Assembly (NCBI GenBank): GCA_018242465.1
Contig: JAFEBY010000064.1
Span: forward strand, 426 to 64,425
DNA length: 64,000 nt
Source of the DNA: Pseudomonadota bacterium
GTDB lineage: Bacteria; Pseudomonadota; Gammaproteobacteria; Xanthomonadales; Xanthomonadaceae
Direction of reading: 5' to 3'
Below are positions 30,647 to 41,028 of the stretch, in pieces. A model generated the notes under the pieces. That model was not told the DNA's origin. It searched no databases and worked only from the letters and a program-made list of their open reading frames with translations. The position numbers were made by a program, and so were the translations under genes. How positions within the stretch are numbered: the first letter of the stretch is position 1; each line of letters begins with the position of its first letter.

Positions 30647-31789
30647 TTAGCGCGTTGACTCATATTTCACTATAGCCTCTAGGCGCTGGCGTTCAATTTC
30701 ATTGAGCTGGATTCTCGCCCGTGTTTCGTCGTCCGCTGTTAGCGGTTGAGCCATGATCTTTTGATGTGCGATGGCCGTTGATTTGTAGCACGTGTTGAAG
30801 GACATGTCGTCAAAATAGGTGCGTCTCAGCATATAGCGATGTAGAGGTAGTGCTTCGTCAGGGATCGCGCCGTCGCGATCTGTCCGAGTCAGCATCCAAA
30901 GTGCTGCATCGACCATTTGGATTCCCGGGCTCGTCTCCGATTCGCCGACGTTGAACTGGCTTCCTTGTAGGAATTGAAGTGAGCCTTCGAACGGAAGCAT
31001 CAACTCTCTACCGGTTCCCAGCGTCCCAGACTCAAATCTCCCATGTGCTTCCTGCAGCAGTGTTCCGAATTGGGAGGTTCGGTCATGAAGCAAATTTACA
31101 GATGAACTTTCCCACCGCCTGGCAAGGTTGTCCAACATCATGATCGCAGGCGTGAATGCTGCGATATTGGGTGAATGCCCATAGCTGTGACGCCGAGTCA
31201 AATGCAGCGAGATAGTCTCTGGATGACGTGTTGCCCAATCTAGCGCACTTGCAACAACCTCACGGACACGCAGGTCCTCTATTAGTTGGGAGTAAGGGAC
31301 TAATTTTTGGATCACCTCTTCAAATAGCGCAATTCTTCGGGTGCTATTTCGCTCGAAGAGGCAGTTCCAAAACTCGCGATACAGTTCTTCGGGTGTTACT
31401 CGAGCTAGGGAAAACACCAGTCCCATCCTAAGAGGACGAGAAAAGTACCAATGAAGCGGCACACCAAAATTCTCAACCGAATCAAATAACACGTCTACTA
31501 ATTTGCAGGCTACTAAGTAGGTTTTTTCGATCCTGGAAAACCCAAATCTAACGTCATAGAAGCGTGCAATAGAGGCAAGATCGAGGTAATAGGTCCTTCG
31601 CTTGTCAGGAGGTATCTGGTTCGCATGCAGATGTGAGACTCCAATTTTCCTGGCTAGAGCACTCATATCCCTAGCTGCACGAACATCAAAATTCGTCCTT
31701 GCTGCCATCCATCCTATGATAAAGAACGGCTGCTCTTCATCAAATACGTTGGTTCCGGTATTTCCGGATTCGTCAAAATATGCCCACAT
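30647..31789 (-). CDS. DUF3800 family protein (predicted RNase H-like fold)
   Basis: N-terminal YFDESGNTG; C-terminal GIQMVD; AAGGA RBS. Confidence 0.75.
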   Translation of the reverse strand: MWAYFDESGNTGTNVFDEEQPFFIIGWMAARTNFDVRAARDMSALARKIGVSHLHANQIPPDKRRTYYLDLASIARFYDVRFGFSRIEKTYLVACKLVDVLFDSVENFGVPLHWYFSRPLRMGLVFSLARVTPEELYREFWNCLFERNSTRRIALFEEVIQKLVPYSQLIEDLRVREVVASALDWATRHPETISLHLTRRHSYGHSPNIAAFTPAIMMLDNLARRWESSSVNLLHDRTSQFGTLLQEAHGRFESGTLGTGRELMLPFEGSLQFLQGSQFNVGESETSPGIQMVDAALWMLTRTDRDGAIPDEALPLHRYMLRRTYFDDMSFNTCYKSTAIAHQKIMAQPLTADDETRARIQLNEIERQRLEAIVKYESTR

Positions 31790-31919
31790 CGTCCTTGCTC
31801 CAAATGTGCATGCTAATGGCTTGTTAGCTCGTTTCCACACGTCGGAATTTGTCTGAGACCTCGGATCGACATTGGGTGTCCGAACGAAGAATAGACTTGT
31901 TTCCTGGTGTGATCGCCAT

Positions 31920-34900
31920 TCAGTGAAAGTCCCGGCTTTTATGCTGCAGCCCAGCCAGCATCGGTGTGTAATCCTCCATCCGATTGATTATCAGGTGCTG
32001 GACACCATCAACACGTTCCAATCGGGCATCAATCGCAAGAAGCTGGGAGCCCAGAAGCACCTGTCGCTGCCGCTCGGCGATTGCGTGCCAAGCGAGTGCA
32101 TTGACCATCCCATCCTCATCCTCCAGCGTGATAAAGGTGACACCCTTGGCGGTCTCCGGGCGTTGACGCATGGTGACGAGCCCAGCGAAGCGCACATTGC
32201 GCCCGTGCGGAAAATTCGCCAGCTCTGATGACCGTCGACAACGACGAGCTCTCAGTTGCGAACGTATCAGGCTCAACGGATGACGGCCTAGTGTAGTGCC
32301 AACCAGCGCATAGTCGGCGAGCATGTCTTCGCCAGTAGATGGCATCGGAATCGGTTGCCGATCCTCTGGCGTCTCAGGAATTCCGTCAAACAGGGGTAGG
32401 GAATGTTCTACACCCGAGAGTTCCCAGCGGGCGCGGTGGCGATGGCCCGCCAGTCCCTTGAGGGCGCCGGCATCAGCGAGCAGCCCTTGGTGCTTGCGAT
32501 CCAGTCCAGCCCGTCGTGTGAGGTCGCTCGCATCGAAGAATGAGCGGCGTCGCCGAGCTCCCACAATGTCGCCAGCAACCTCTTCGGTAAAACCGTTGAT
32601 CATCCGCATTCCCATGCGGATCTCAGGTTTCCCTGAAGTGTCGTCGCGGGGGAATTCCAATGTGCAATCCCAGTCGCTATAGCGCACGTCCACCGACAGC
32701 ACACGGATGCCATGGCGTCGGGCGTCCTGCAGGATCTGGTCAGGCGTGTAGAACCCCATGGGCTGGCTGTTGATCAGCGAGACCGCGTAGGCGGCCGGCT
32801 CATGGCACTTGAGCCAGCAACTGGCATAGGTGATGAGGGCAAAGCTCGCGGCATGGCTTTCCGGAAAGCCGTAGTGCCCAAAGCCCTTAATCTGCTCGAA
32901 CAGGTGTTCGGCGTATTCGGCGGTATAGCCCCGCGCCATCATACCGGCCCTGAGCCGATCTCGATGCGGCTCCAATCCGCCTCGGCGCTTCCAAGCTGCT
33001 ATTGATCGTCTCAACTCATCCGCTTCGCCCGCTGCGAATCCTGCAGCGTCGATGGCGAGTTGCATCACCTGCTCCTGGAAGAGTGGTACTCCGAGCGTGC
33101 GTTCGAAGATGTGCTTGAGCTGCGGTGGATAGTCGACCGGTTCCTCGCCACGCTTGCGCCGGAGGTACGGATGCACCATGTCGCCCTGGATCGGACCAGG
33201 TCGGACGATGGCGACCTCGATCACCAGTTCGTAGAAGTTCTTGGGCTGCGTGCGGGGCAGCATCGACATCTGCGCCCGAGACTCAATCTGGAAGACCCCG
33301 AGCGTATCGGCGCGGCTGATCATGGCGTAGGTTGGTGGGTCCTCTGCCGGGATTGTGGCCAGCGAGAGGTCACGGCGCCCGGTCTTGCGTAGAAGATCGA
33401 GCGTTTTGCGTACTGCAGTGAGCATCCCCAGCGCCAGCACATCGACCTTCATGAGCCCCAGGCTGTCGAGGTCGTCCTTGTCCCACTGGATGACAGTTCG
33501 GTCATCCATCGCCGCGTTCTCGACGGGTACCAACGTGTGAAGCGGGTGTTCCGAGATGACGAAGCCGCCGGGGTGTTGCGACAAATGCCGGGGCAACTGC
33601 ATCAACTCGCAGGTAAGCGTCATGACGCGACGGAGAAGCGGCTGATCCGGATCGAAGCCGGCCTCTGCCAGGTGTGTGGGATCCGGTACGCCTTCCCATT
33701 GATTCATGGTGCCGGAAAGTGCACTGATTTGATCGGGCGGTAGGTCGAGCGCCCGGGCCACATCGCGGATTGCACTGCGACCCCGATATTGGATCGCAAC
33801 CGCAGTCAGCGCCGCACGTTCGCGACCATAGCGCTCGAATACGTACTGGATGACTTCTTCGCGCCGTTCGTGCTCGAAGTCGATGTCAATGTCCGGTGGT
33901 TCATTGCGCTCGCGCGACAGGAAGCGTTCGAACAGCAGGTTCATTCGTCCGGGATCTACCTCGGTCACGCCGAGTGCAAAGCACACTGCCGAGTTGGCCG
34001 CCGAGCCACGGCCTTGGCAGAGGATTCCGCGGCTCCTGGCAAAGCGCACGATGTCGTGGACCGTCAGGAAGTAGGACTCGAACTTGAGATCAGCAATCAA
34101 GGCGAGCTCGTGTTCAATCTGGTCCCGGGCCTTTTGCGGGATGCCGTTTGGCCAACGCCAGGGCACGCCTTTCTCGGTAAGCTGCCGCAGCCATGATGTT
34201 GGCGTATGGCCTTCCGGCACCAGTTCGTGTGGATAGGTGTAGCGCAGCTGCTCCAGATTGAAGGTGCAGCGCTGGGCAATCCGCACCGACTCAGCCATCC
34301 ATTCCGGTCGATAGAGCTTGGTCAGCGCGACCCGCGAGCGCAGATGGCGTTCGGCATTCTGGAAGAGCCGCCAGCCGGCTTCTGCCACGGTGCAGTGATG
34401 ACGCGTCGCCGCCAGGACATCCTGTAGGGGGCGTCGCGCACGGATGTGCATGTGGACATCGCCCGTGGCGACGATCGGTAGCCCGTGCCGTTCGGCCAGC
34501 TGCTCGATCCAGGCCAGACGACTATCTTCTCCAGCCTCACGGTGACGTTCGATCGCGATCCACAAGCGATTTCCGAATGTCTCCTGCAACCAGGGAACAT
34601 GCCGTTCGTCATCAGGCGATCGCGCAGGCCATAGGCAGAGAAGTCCTGGTGGTACCTCGGAAAGATCCGAGGTGAGGGTCAGATAGTTGCCTTTCTTGGC
34701 CCGGCGTCGACTGACGGTGATCAGCAGGCACAGTGCTTCGTAGGCGGGCTGGTCACTGCAGAGCAGGACAACCTTCGGCCCACCATCAATCTGAAATTCC
34801 CCACCGACGATCAGTGGGATGCCATGTTTCTTGGCCGCTTCATGGGCGCGGACGATGCCAGCGAGCGAGCATTCGTCGGTGATGGCCAATGCGGTATAGC

Positions 34901-35003
34901 CGAGTTCGGCTGCTCGCGCGAACAGCTCATCGGCGGTTGATGCTCCACGCTGGAAACTGAAAGCCGACAGACAATGCAGTTCGGCGTAGGCAGGCGTGAT
35001 CAT
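31920..35003 (-). CDS. dnaE2: Error-prone DNA polymerase DnaE2 (ImuC)
   Basis: [53 protein letters not shown]-terminal SRDFH. Confidence 0.96.
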   Translation of the reverse strand: MITPAYAELHCLSAFSFQRGASTADELFARAAELGYTALAITDECSLAGIVRAHEAAKKHGIPLIVGGEFQIDGGPKVVLLCSDQPAYEALCLLITVSRRRAKKGNYLTLTSDLSEVPPGLLCLWPARSPDDERHVPWLQETFGNRLWIAIERHREAGEDSRLAWIEQLAERHGLPIVATGDVHMHIRARRPLQDVLAATRHHCTVAEAGWRLFQNAERHLRSRVALTKLYRPEWMAESVRIAQRCTFNLEQLRYTYPHELVPEGHTPTSWLRQLTEKGVPWRWPNGIPQKARDQIEHELALIADLKFESYFLTVHDIVRFARSRGILCQGRGSAANSAVCFALGVTEVDPGRMNLLFERFLSRERNEPPDIDIDFEHERREEVIQYVFERYGRERAALTAVAIQYRGRSAIRDVARALDLPPDQISALSGTMNQWEGVPDPTHLAEAGFDPDQPLLRRVMTLTCELMQLPRHLSQHPGGFVISEHPLHTLVPVENAAMDDRTVIQWDKDDLDSLGLMKVDVLALGMLTAVRKTLDLLRKTGRRDLSLATIPAEDPPTYAMISRADTLGVFQIESRAQMSMLPRTQPKNFYELVIEVAIVRPGPIQGDMVHPYLRRKRGEEPVDYPPQLKHIFERTLGVPLFQEQVMQLAIDAAGFAAGEADELRRSIAAWKRRGGLEPHRDRLRAGMMARGYTAEYAEHLFEQIKGFGHYGFPESHAASFALITYASCWLKCHEPAAYAVSLINSQPMGFYTPDQILQDARRHGIRVLSVDVRYSDWDCTLEFPRDDTSGKPEIRMGMRMINGFTEEVAGDIVGARRRRSFFDASDLTRRAGLDRKHQGLLADAGALKGLAGHRHRARWELSGVEHSLPLFDGIPETPEDRQPIPMPSTGEDMLADYALVGTTLGRHPLSLIRSQLRARRCRRSSELANFPHGRNVRFAGLVTMRQRPETAKGVTFITLEDEDGMVNALAWHAIAERQRQVLLGSQLLAIDARLERVDGVQHLIINRMEDYTPMLAGLQHKSRDFH

Positions 35004-36406
35004 GCGAACCAGCCCTGCAGCCACCACTGCCCGGGCATTTTCGGCGAACGGAATGCCCAGGCAATCTGGCCATCACGCGTGCGCACCCGTTGGTAGTCAC
35101 GCAAGACGTCATTGCCATCCCACCAACCTGACTCGATGCGTTCCGGGACATCGAGCACCTCGACAGACCCATGTAGCGGAATCGGCCGGGGCAATAGCCA
35201 AGCGGGACGCTGCGGCAATACCGGCGCGCGCTTGGGTTGCATCCCGGTTGAGCGCGTCGCCCGTTCGGGGCGATGGTCCGGATGCAGCACTACGTTCTGT
35301 ACAGACGCGTCCCCCAATCGAGCCCGCAGGCGCTCACGCAATTGGTTCCATGGCACAGCTTGTTGCGGACGAGTATCGAAGAGGTCCCGGGAGGCAGGGA
35401 CGAACGGTGGCAATTCGTCAGCTCGCAATTGCATCCCGCGAACCCCAGCGGGCAACGCCAGATGATCGAGGCGACTACGGGCCAGATCGAATAGGACGTT
35501 CGCCTCACGTTCGGGCGACAGAAGTCCGATTTGCAGCGTGCTCGATGGATGCTTTTCGTGTTCGAACACCAGCGTGTAGCGCTGAACGCCACCATCCCGG
35601 CAAGCCAGGAAAGTGGCGAGATCCGCGGTCAATCGACGCAGCGGGAACAGGAGTGCCTGGCTGGATTCGACCTCGTATTCGAATTCAATCCGAGATTCGA
35701 ACCTATCCGGAGGTACGAACAGCGGCAGTGATATGGCATCACTCGACCGCAAAGCGTCCAGATGCGCGAGCGCAGTCGGTGGAAAGCGCCGCGCCATGCT
35801 CTCGCGTGGCAGGACAAATACTTGACGCAACTTGCGCAGGCCGGAACGACTCAGCGTCGTGACGGTGTCCGCCGGCAAGCCGCTTTGCTCAATCGGCACA
35901 TGGCCCAGTGCCTGCAACAGCAACCCATCATCGACACCGAGTTCGCGATGCACGCGTGCCAGCACCCAGGCGGCATGAGGATTGGGTGCCGCGACCAGGC
36001 GATGCCGAAATCCCATCGCATCGAGTTCTGACGACAGGCGTCGGCTGATATCGGGCCATTCTCCGAACAAGGCACGACTGCCCGCAATCTCCAGGACGAT
36101 CGCATGCGGCAACGCCAAGCTCACCTGCGAACTGAAGCCATAGGCCCACATCGCCAGCATCGTGCGCGCGGTCGCTTCCTGCTCCGGATTGTAGACATGG
36201 GTGTGGAAGTCGTGCGTCAGCAATTGCGCGGCGCTGAGCAGCATGCCCGGCTGCAGGCCAGCATTGCGTGCGGCAGGATTGACGGCGTGCAGGATGCGGC
36301 GTTGCACCGGTCCTGTCACCAGCACATGGGCAGCGTCAGGATCCGACTGGTGTCGGAGGACGGCATCGATTGCCAAGTGCGGCAACAGGACACAGGCCCA
36401 GCGCAT
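35000..36406 (-). CDS. imuB: Y-family polymerase-like ImuB
   Basis: [41 protein letters not shown]. Confidence 0.93.
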   Translation of the reverse strand: MRWACVLLPHLAIDAVLRHQSDPDAAHVLVTGPVQRRILHAVNPAARNAGLQPGMLLSAAQLLTHDFHTHVYNPEQEATARTMLAMWAYGFSSQVSLALPHAIVLEIAGSRALFGEWPDISRRLSSELDAMGFRHRLVAAPNPHAAWVLARVHRELGVDDGLLLQALGHVPIEQSGLPADTVTTLSRSGLRKLRQVFVLPRESMARRFPPTALAHLDALRSSDAISLPLFVPPDRFESRIEFEYEVESSQALLFPLRRLTADLATFLACRDGGVQRYTLVFEHEKHPSSTLQIGLLSPEREANVLFDLARSRLDHLALPAGVRGMQLRADELPPFVPASRDLFDTRPQQAVPWNQLRERLRARLGDASVQNVVLHPDHRPERATRSTGMQPKRAPVLPQRPAWLLPRPIPLHGSVEVLDVPERIESGWWDGNDVLRDYQRVRTRDGQIAWAFRSPKMPGQWWLQGWFA

Positions 36407-36412
36407 GGCAGT

Positions 36413-37024
36413 TCACGACGCGAGTCGGATGGGGTGTGGTGGCGCCAATCCGCCGCGGCACTTCAGCACGCGGATCTGATCACGCGCATCGATCTGCAGA
36501 CGCAAGGCAGCCGGCGAAGGATTGCGCGCGTGCTTGGCATCGCGGAATGCGAATCCAAGACATTGGCCGGTCTCTGCGGCAACCTGCAAACGGCGCAGTG
36601 CGCGATCGTCGGCCTTGTTCGGCCAGCACAGCACGGCGGCACATGCAGCAGAGCGCAGACATTGCTCCGTGGCCCACAACGCATCGCGAGACTGCGCCTG
36701 CACCACCTGCAATTGCTTCAGGTCGATTCCAGCTCGCGCCCATGCCGGCGCGTGCGGGATATACGGCGGTGCGATCAGGATCGCTCGACCGCCTGCTTGG
36801 GTCAGTCGGGCCAACGCAGGGAACACCAGTGACAGTTCGCCTACGCCGTCGGCGCGCAGGAGGATTTCGCTCAATGCCTGGTCGGGCCAGCCGCCTGTCG
36901 GCAGCGCCGCATCCAGCGAGGGATGCCCCGTGGGTTGTGCCGGCGAAGCAGGCGCCTCCACAGGTTGGCCGCGCCAGACGGTACGTGCATCCAGCAAGTC
37001 GGCAAGGGCGACGACTGCGCCCAT
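36413..37024 (-). CDS. imuA: Translesion-synthesis-associated ImuA
   Basis: TGHPSLDAALPTGGWP, GVGEL, LWATEQCLRS, LRRLQVAA, SPAALRL. Confidence 0.93.
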   Translation of the reverse strand: MGAVVALADLLDARTVWRGQPVEAPASPAQPTGHPSLDAALPTGGWPDQALSEILLRADGVGELSLVFPALARLTQAGGRAILIAPPYIPHAPAWARAGIDLKQLQVVQAQSRDALWATEQCLRSAACAAVLCWPNKADDRALRRLQVAAETGQCLGFAFRDAKHARNPSPAALRLQIDARDQIRVLKCRGGLAPPHPIRLAS

Positions 37025-37641
37025 CAGTCGCGCCTGACCAGACCGCAGTACAGCCCTTCGATCGCGAAGTCGGCGTCCTTCGGCACATCGATCGGCGCGT
37101 AGTCGGGATTGCGCGGCAGAAGGCGGATCCCACGTGCACCGATCTTCAGGCGCTTGATCGTGATCTCGCCATCGATGCGTGCGACCACCGTCTGGCCGTT
37201 CTCGGCCGAACTTGCCTGACGGATGGCGACCAGGTCGCCATCGAAGATGCCATCGTCGCGCATCGAATCACCTTGCACCCGCAGCAGGTAATCGGGGCGC
37301 TGGCGGAAGAGTCCAATATCGACCAGAAGCGATTCGTCGAAGGTGTTCGCGGCTCCAATCGGGGCACCGGCCGCGACTCGACCGAGGATGGGCAGGTCGA
37401 GCTGATCACGTGCAGACCGCGCCCGGCGTGACGAGCGCAGGCGGATGCCGCGGGCGCGGTTGGGGATGAGCTCCAGATGGCCCTTGGCGGCCAAGGCCTC
37501 GAGGTGCTTCACAACGCCGCGTGGGCTGGCCAGTTCAAAGGCGTCCTGGATCTCGGGAATGCTCGGCGGCATGCCCTCACGCTCCGCGAAACGCTCGAGG
37601 AACGAGAGGATTTGGGCCTGGCGGTCGGTCAGTTCGTTCAT
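37024..37641 (-). CDS. lexA: LexA repressor (cassette-associated LexA2 type)
   Basis: LTDRQ, GRVAAGAP (Ala-Gly cleavage site), GDSM (catalytic Ser), TIKRL (catalytic Lys). Confidence 0.95.
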   Translation of the reverse strand: MNELTDRQAQILSFLERFAEREGMPPSIPEIQDAFELASPRGVVKHLEALAAKGHLELIPNRARGIRLRSSRRARSARDQLDLPILGRVAAGAPIGAANTFDESLLVDIGLFRQRPDYLLRVQGDSMRDDGIFDGDLVAIRQASSAENGQTVVARIDGEITIKRLKIGARGIRLLPRNPDYAPIDVPKDADFAIEGLYCGLVRRD

Positions 37642-37659
37642 GGTATAAATATTTATACC
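37642..37659. promoter_or_regulatory. Perfect 18-bp palindrome, candidate LexA operator
   Basis: GGTATAAATATTTATACC abuts the lexA start codon in the divergent promoter region. Confidence 0.65.
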
Positions 37660-37739
37660 TTCCGGGACGTAGTGCAACCCGCACTAGGTTGCCGATCCGG
37701 ATCGCACCGGGTGAGACGAAGCGGATTAAAGACTTGGAC

Positions 37740-38363
37740 ATGCCTCCTTCCCTGACACATGAACCCCTCCCGGACGCCCCCGAGGGCTCGACTGCGCAAA
37801 ACGACTATCGCGGGCGCGCCTTCCTTTACGCCCTGCTGGCATCCGGACCGGAAGACCTGCTCAAGGTCGGCATGACCCACGATCCACTCGCGCGGTGGTC
37901 GGCCTTCCACCCGCGCTGGTTCGAGGTATTCGATCTCGACCACAGCCTGCTCGTGGAAACCGAAACCCGCAGCGATGCCCAAGAACTGGAAACGCGGCTA
38001 CACCGGATGCTCGAGGCCTACAGCTGCCCGATGCCGATCACCATGCGAGGTCAGGCCGGTGGCGCCACCGAGTGGTATCGCGGTGCGTATGCGGCCGTGC
38101 GCCGCTTCGTGAGCGAACAGGCGGCACTGGGCTTTGTCGTACACGCGAGTGCCATGCCATGGCTGAAGGCGGCGATGCACCAGCAGCAGGAGCGCCTTGA
38201 AGGGTTGCTGCGACAAGCCTATGCCGACCACATGGCCGGCTGGCTCGCTCCAGCCCAACAACGAGCTTTGCAGGATCTGATCGATGCCCACCGCTGCATG
38301 GATCCGGAGGTTCCGGCCCGCTTGCCCACCGACATCCTTGCCGCCTTGGGAATCGCGATATGA
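37740..38363 (+). CDS. GIY-YIG-like (T5orf172/Mug113) nuclease family protein
   Basis: FLY...LLKVGMTHDP.AR...LETRLH...TEWY. Confidence 0.75.
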   Translation: MPPSLTHEPLPDAPEGSTAQNDYRGRAFLYALLASGPEDLLKVGMTHDPLARWSAFHPRWFEVFDLDHSLLVETETRSDAQELETRLHRMLEAYSCPMPITMRGQAGGATEWYRGAYAAVRRFVSEQAALGFVVHASAMPWLKAAMHQQQERLEGLLRQAYADHMAGWLAPAQQRALQDLIDAHRCMDPEVPARLPTDILAALGIAI

Positions 38364-38956
38364 ACACCGCGGCGCTCTTGTTCGACGAAGGGCCACTCAC
38401 ACTCGTTGACGATCGCGAAGGTGGTATCCGCTATTGGCCGCAGTGGATCGATTCTGCTGAGGCGGACGACCTGTTCGCGCGGCTGCGCGATGGGGTCAGC
38501 TGGCTCAGTGAGCAACGTCCGATGTACGACCGGATCGTTGACGTGCCGCGGCTGCAGGCCACCGTCGCATTGGCCACCGCAGATCCAGACGATGGGCTGC
38601 GCCAAATTGCTAGCCGAATCGAAACGGCAGCGCTGGGCGGCTATTCCCATGTTGGCCTGAACTTCTATCGCGACGGCCATGACAGCGTGGCCATGCATCA
38701 CGATCGGACCCATGACCTTGTCATAGGTGCACCCATTGCCATCCTGTCGCTAGGCGCGCCGCGCGACATGTTGATCCGTCGTCAGGATAAAGGTGCGCGG
38801 GCAGTCCGCATCACCCTCGAACCCAGCAGCCTCTTGGTGATGAGTCATGCCAGCCAGTTCACACATGAGCATGGCATTCCGAAGACCTCGCGATCCGTCG
38901 GCCCAAGAATTAGTTGTGCGTATCGAGCTCGTCAGATCAATCGAGTCGTAGTCTGA
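38360..38956 (+). CDS. AlkB-family 2OG-Fe(II) dioxygenase (ALKBH2/3-like)
   Basis: VPRL, LNFYRDGHDSVAMHHD (HxD), LSLG, HEHGIPK, RISCAYR. Confidence 0.88.
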   Translation: MNTAALLFDEGPLTLVDDREGGIRYWPQWIDSAEADDLFARLRDGVSWLSEQRPMYDRIVDVPRLQATVALATADPDDGLRQIASRIETAALGGYSHVGLNFYRDGHDSVAMHHDRTHDLVIGAPIAILSLGAPRDMLIRRQDKGARAVRITLEPSSLLVMSHASQFTHEHGIPKTSRSVGPRISCAYRARQINRVVV

Positions 38957-38990
38957 ATCTTTATAGTTGGCGGAAACTTTCCAGAAATGG

Positions 38991-39427
38991 AACTACAACT
39001 TTTCTGCCTAATTTTTCTAGAATTCCTTTTGAGCCAAGCGCTTAGACAAGAAAAAAACTACAACATTTGGACTCGATCAAGCATAAATGCCTAGTTCTGG
39101 CGCAGAAAATTCACTTGACGAATCCTGGGTACCTAAAAACTACAACATTCGATGGCTCAAAAGCTGAAAACCGCGAATAACCTAATGATTCTCAACGTAT
39201 TTGTTGTGATTTGAAATGTTGTAGTTTGCGAGTTTTTGATGGCACAAGAAAATCCCTGCGCAAATCAAGTCGGAAATTTCTTCTGGCCATTGTCCTGAAA
39301 TAGGCCATCACAACCCTTGCGAGGGTTCGTCTCATTTAGCTGCGATGACTTGAATTTTCATGGGGCCGCCATGTGCATATGCCGACACGCATGAAGATTC
39401 CACATATATGGAATTTTGAAGATTCCA
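38991..39427. repeat. Non-coding repeat cluster (AACTACAACATT direct and inverted copies; TGAAGATTCCA x2)
   Basis: Copies at 38991 (partial), 39056, 39138, inverted at 39215-39226; TGAAGATTCCA at 39392 and 39417. Confidence 0.75.
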
Positions 39428-39555
39428 TATCAGATAAGACTATAGACAAAATACACATGAGTTTTATTTTCTAACCGTCCTTGCGCAGAATGTGCTCGAT
39501 CAGCACCTGCATCCCGATCTGAACCGAATCTCTGCGCGTCTAGCTCAGACGTCGA

Positions 39556-41001
39556 CTACTTGTCAGCCCCGAGCTTCCTGTAGAAGTCGAGAACCACAGG
39601 GTCAGTGCGGACGTCGCCCATGGAGATAGGTCGCGCCAACGCAATTCCTTCAATTGTGCGAGCACGCGACAGGGCAACGTACGTTTGCCCCTCGGCAAAT
39701 GCGCCACCCTCCAGGTTCAGTGTCAGGGTACCCAGTGTTAGACCCTGGGACTTATGGATCGTGATTGCCCAGCCCAAGGTTAGCGGGAACTGCTCAAAGG
39801 TCCCAACGATTTCAGCTTCGACCCGTCGTGTCTGGTAGTCGTACGTGTACTTGTACTTGTTCCAGGTCTCTCGCCCCACCACGACGACATTATCAGTCAC
39901 ATCCTTCTGAACTCGAATGTGATCGTCGTCCATGCCAACTATCGTGCCAAGGTCGCCGTTAATCCACTCCGGCTTCCGATTCTTGACGAAGAGAACCTTG
40001 GCACCGACTTTCAACTCAAGCCGATCGGGGACAGGGAGCTTCCATTTATTGGCGTCAACATTGCCGCCGATGTTAGCCTCGTAAAGCCAAACAGAACCCT
40101 GGAGCGCGGCCAACTCCCGCATATTGATGGTTCTGGCGGCCTGGTTTGTCGGAACCAGATATGTCCCAACGGGCGCATCTCTCGGCTTGTCACGAAAGCA
40201 ACGGCGATTGAACAGCGCTACCGCATCGCGGCAGTCATCATTTATGCGAATCCTGTTGAGTGCGCCGATAAACTCTTCATCTGCTTGCCGACGCACTTTG
40301 GTCAGCACAACAGGGATGATCGGCTGCTCCTTGAAGATATCCGCCGAAAAAAAGTACCGAGTCGGGTAGCGGTGGGAGAAGTACACGCTCTCCTCAGGGG
40401 AACCCACCACCGGCGGGAGTTGGAGCAAATCCCCCACGAAGATAACTGGCACACCGCCGAATGGCTGGCTATTCCCCCGGGCGCTACGCAGGATGTTGCT
40501 CATCGTGTCCACGATGTTCGGAAGCACCATCGAGACCTCGTCCACAATCAGGCACTTCACATTCTCGAGAACCAGCCTCACCTTGGTGCTCGTGGGATGA
40601 TTCTCGGCTGGATCGATCAGACGCGGAGGCAGACCGAAAAACGAATGAATTGTGTCGCCTTGGATATTCGCCGCAGCAACTGCCGTCGGCGCGACAACGG
40701 CGCATGACTCGAGTTGGCTCCGAAGCCAGTGGATCAGTGTGGATTTGCCTGTCCCTGCCTTTCCCGTCACGAAGATTGCGGGGCAACCTGCTCGAATCGC
40801 CTCAAGTATGAATTGGTACTCGGGTAAAACCTCCACGCCTGCCAATTGATCGGGCTGCGATGTGTATTTCTTCTGCTGTAGCCTTCCGCGCTCCGGGACG
40901 ATCTCGGACTCGATGCGGGAGAGGTCACGTGGCTTTGTCGCAGGCGCTCCGTCACCAAGAATGCCCTTGGCCAGCTTCGCTACGGTTTCCCAGATATCCA
41001 T
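39556..41001 (-). CDS. PIF1/RecD-like SF1B helicase
   Basis: TGKAGTGKST, APTAVAA, TIHSFF, VDEVSMV, PFGG, GDLLQLPPV, RQ, QFPLTLGWAITIHKSQG, GQTYVALSR. Confidence 0.92.
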   Translation of the reverse strand: MDIWETVAKLAKGILGDGAPATKPRDLSRIESEIVPERGRLQQKKYTSQPDQLAGVEVLPEYQFILEAIRAGCPAIFVTGKAGTGKSTLIHWLRSQLESCAVVAPTAVAAANIQGDTIHSFFGLPPRLIDPAENHPTSTKVRLVLENVKCLIVDEVSMVLPNIVDTMSNILRSARGNSQPFGGVPVIFVGDLLQLPPVVGSPEESVYFSHRYPTRYFFSADIFKEQPIIPVVLTKVRRQADEEFIGALNRIRINDDCRDAVALFNRRCFRDKPRDAPVGTYLVPTNQAARTINMRELAALQGSVWLYEANIGGNVDANKWKLPVPDRLELKVGAKVLFVKNRKPEWINGDLGTIVGMDDDHIRVQKDVTDNVVVVGRETWNKYKYTYDYQTRRVEAEIVGTFEQFPLTLGWAITIHKSQGLTLGTLTLNLEGGAFAEGQTYVALSRARTIEGIALARPISMGDVRTDPVVLDFYRKLGADK

Positions 41002-41028
41002 GGCTGTCGATGATGCCTGAGTTGCTGT

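Noticed and set aside
36370-37431. 353-aa + strand ORF
   Set aside because: Antisense to imuA/lexA; Arg/Ala/Pro-rich with no motifs.
39067-39076. TTGGACTCGA matching part of the att core (possible third att)
   Set aside because: Only 10 bp, lacks the acceptor-stem portion, and is plausible by chance in 64 kb.
38991-39226. CRISPR array interpretation of the AACTACAAC repeats
   Set aside because: Repeats are only 9-13 bp, irregularly spaced and in mixed orientation, with no cas genes in the window.
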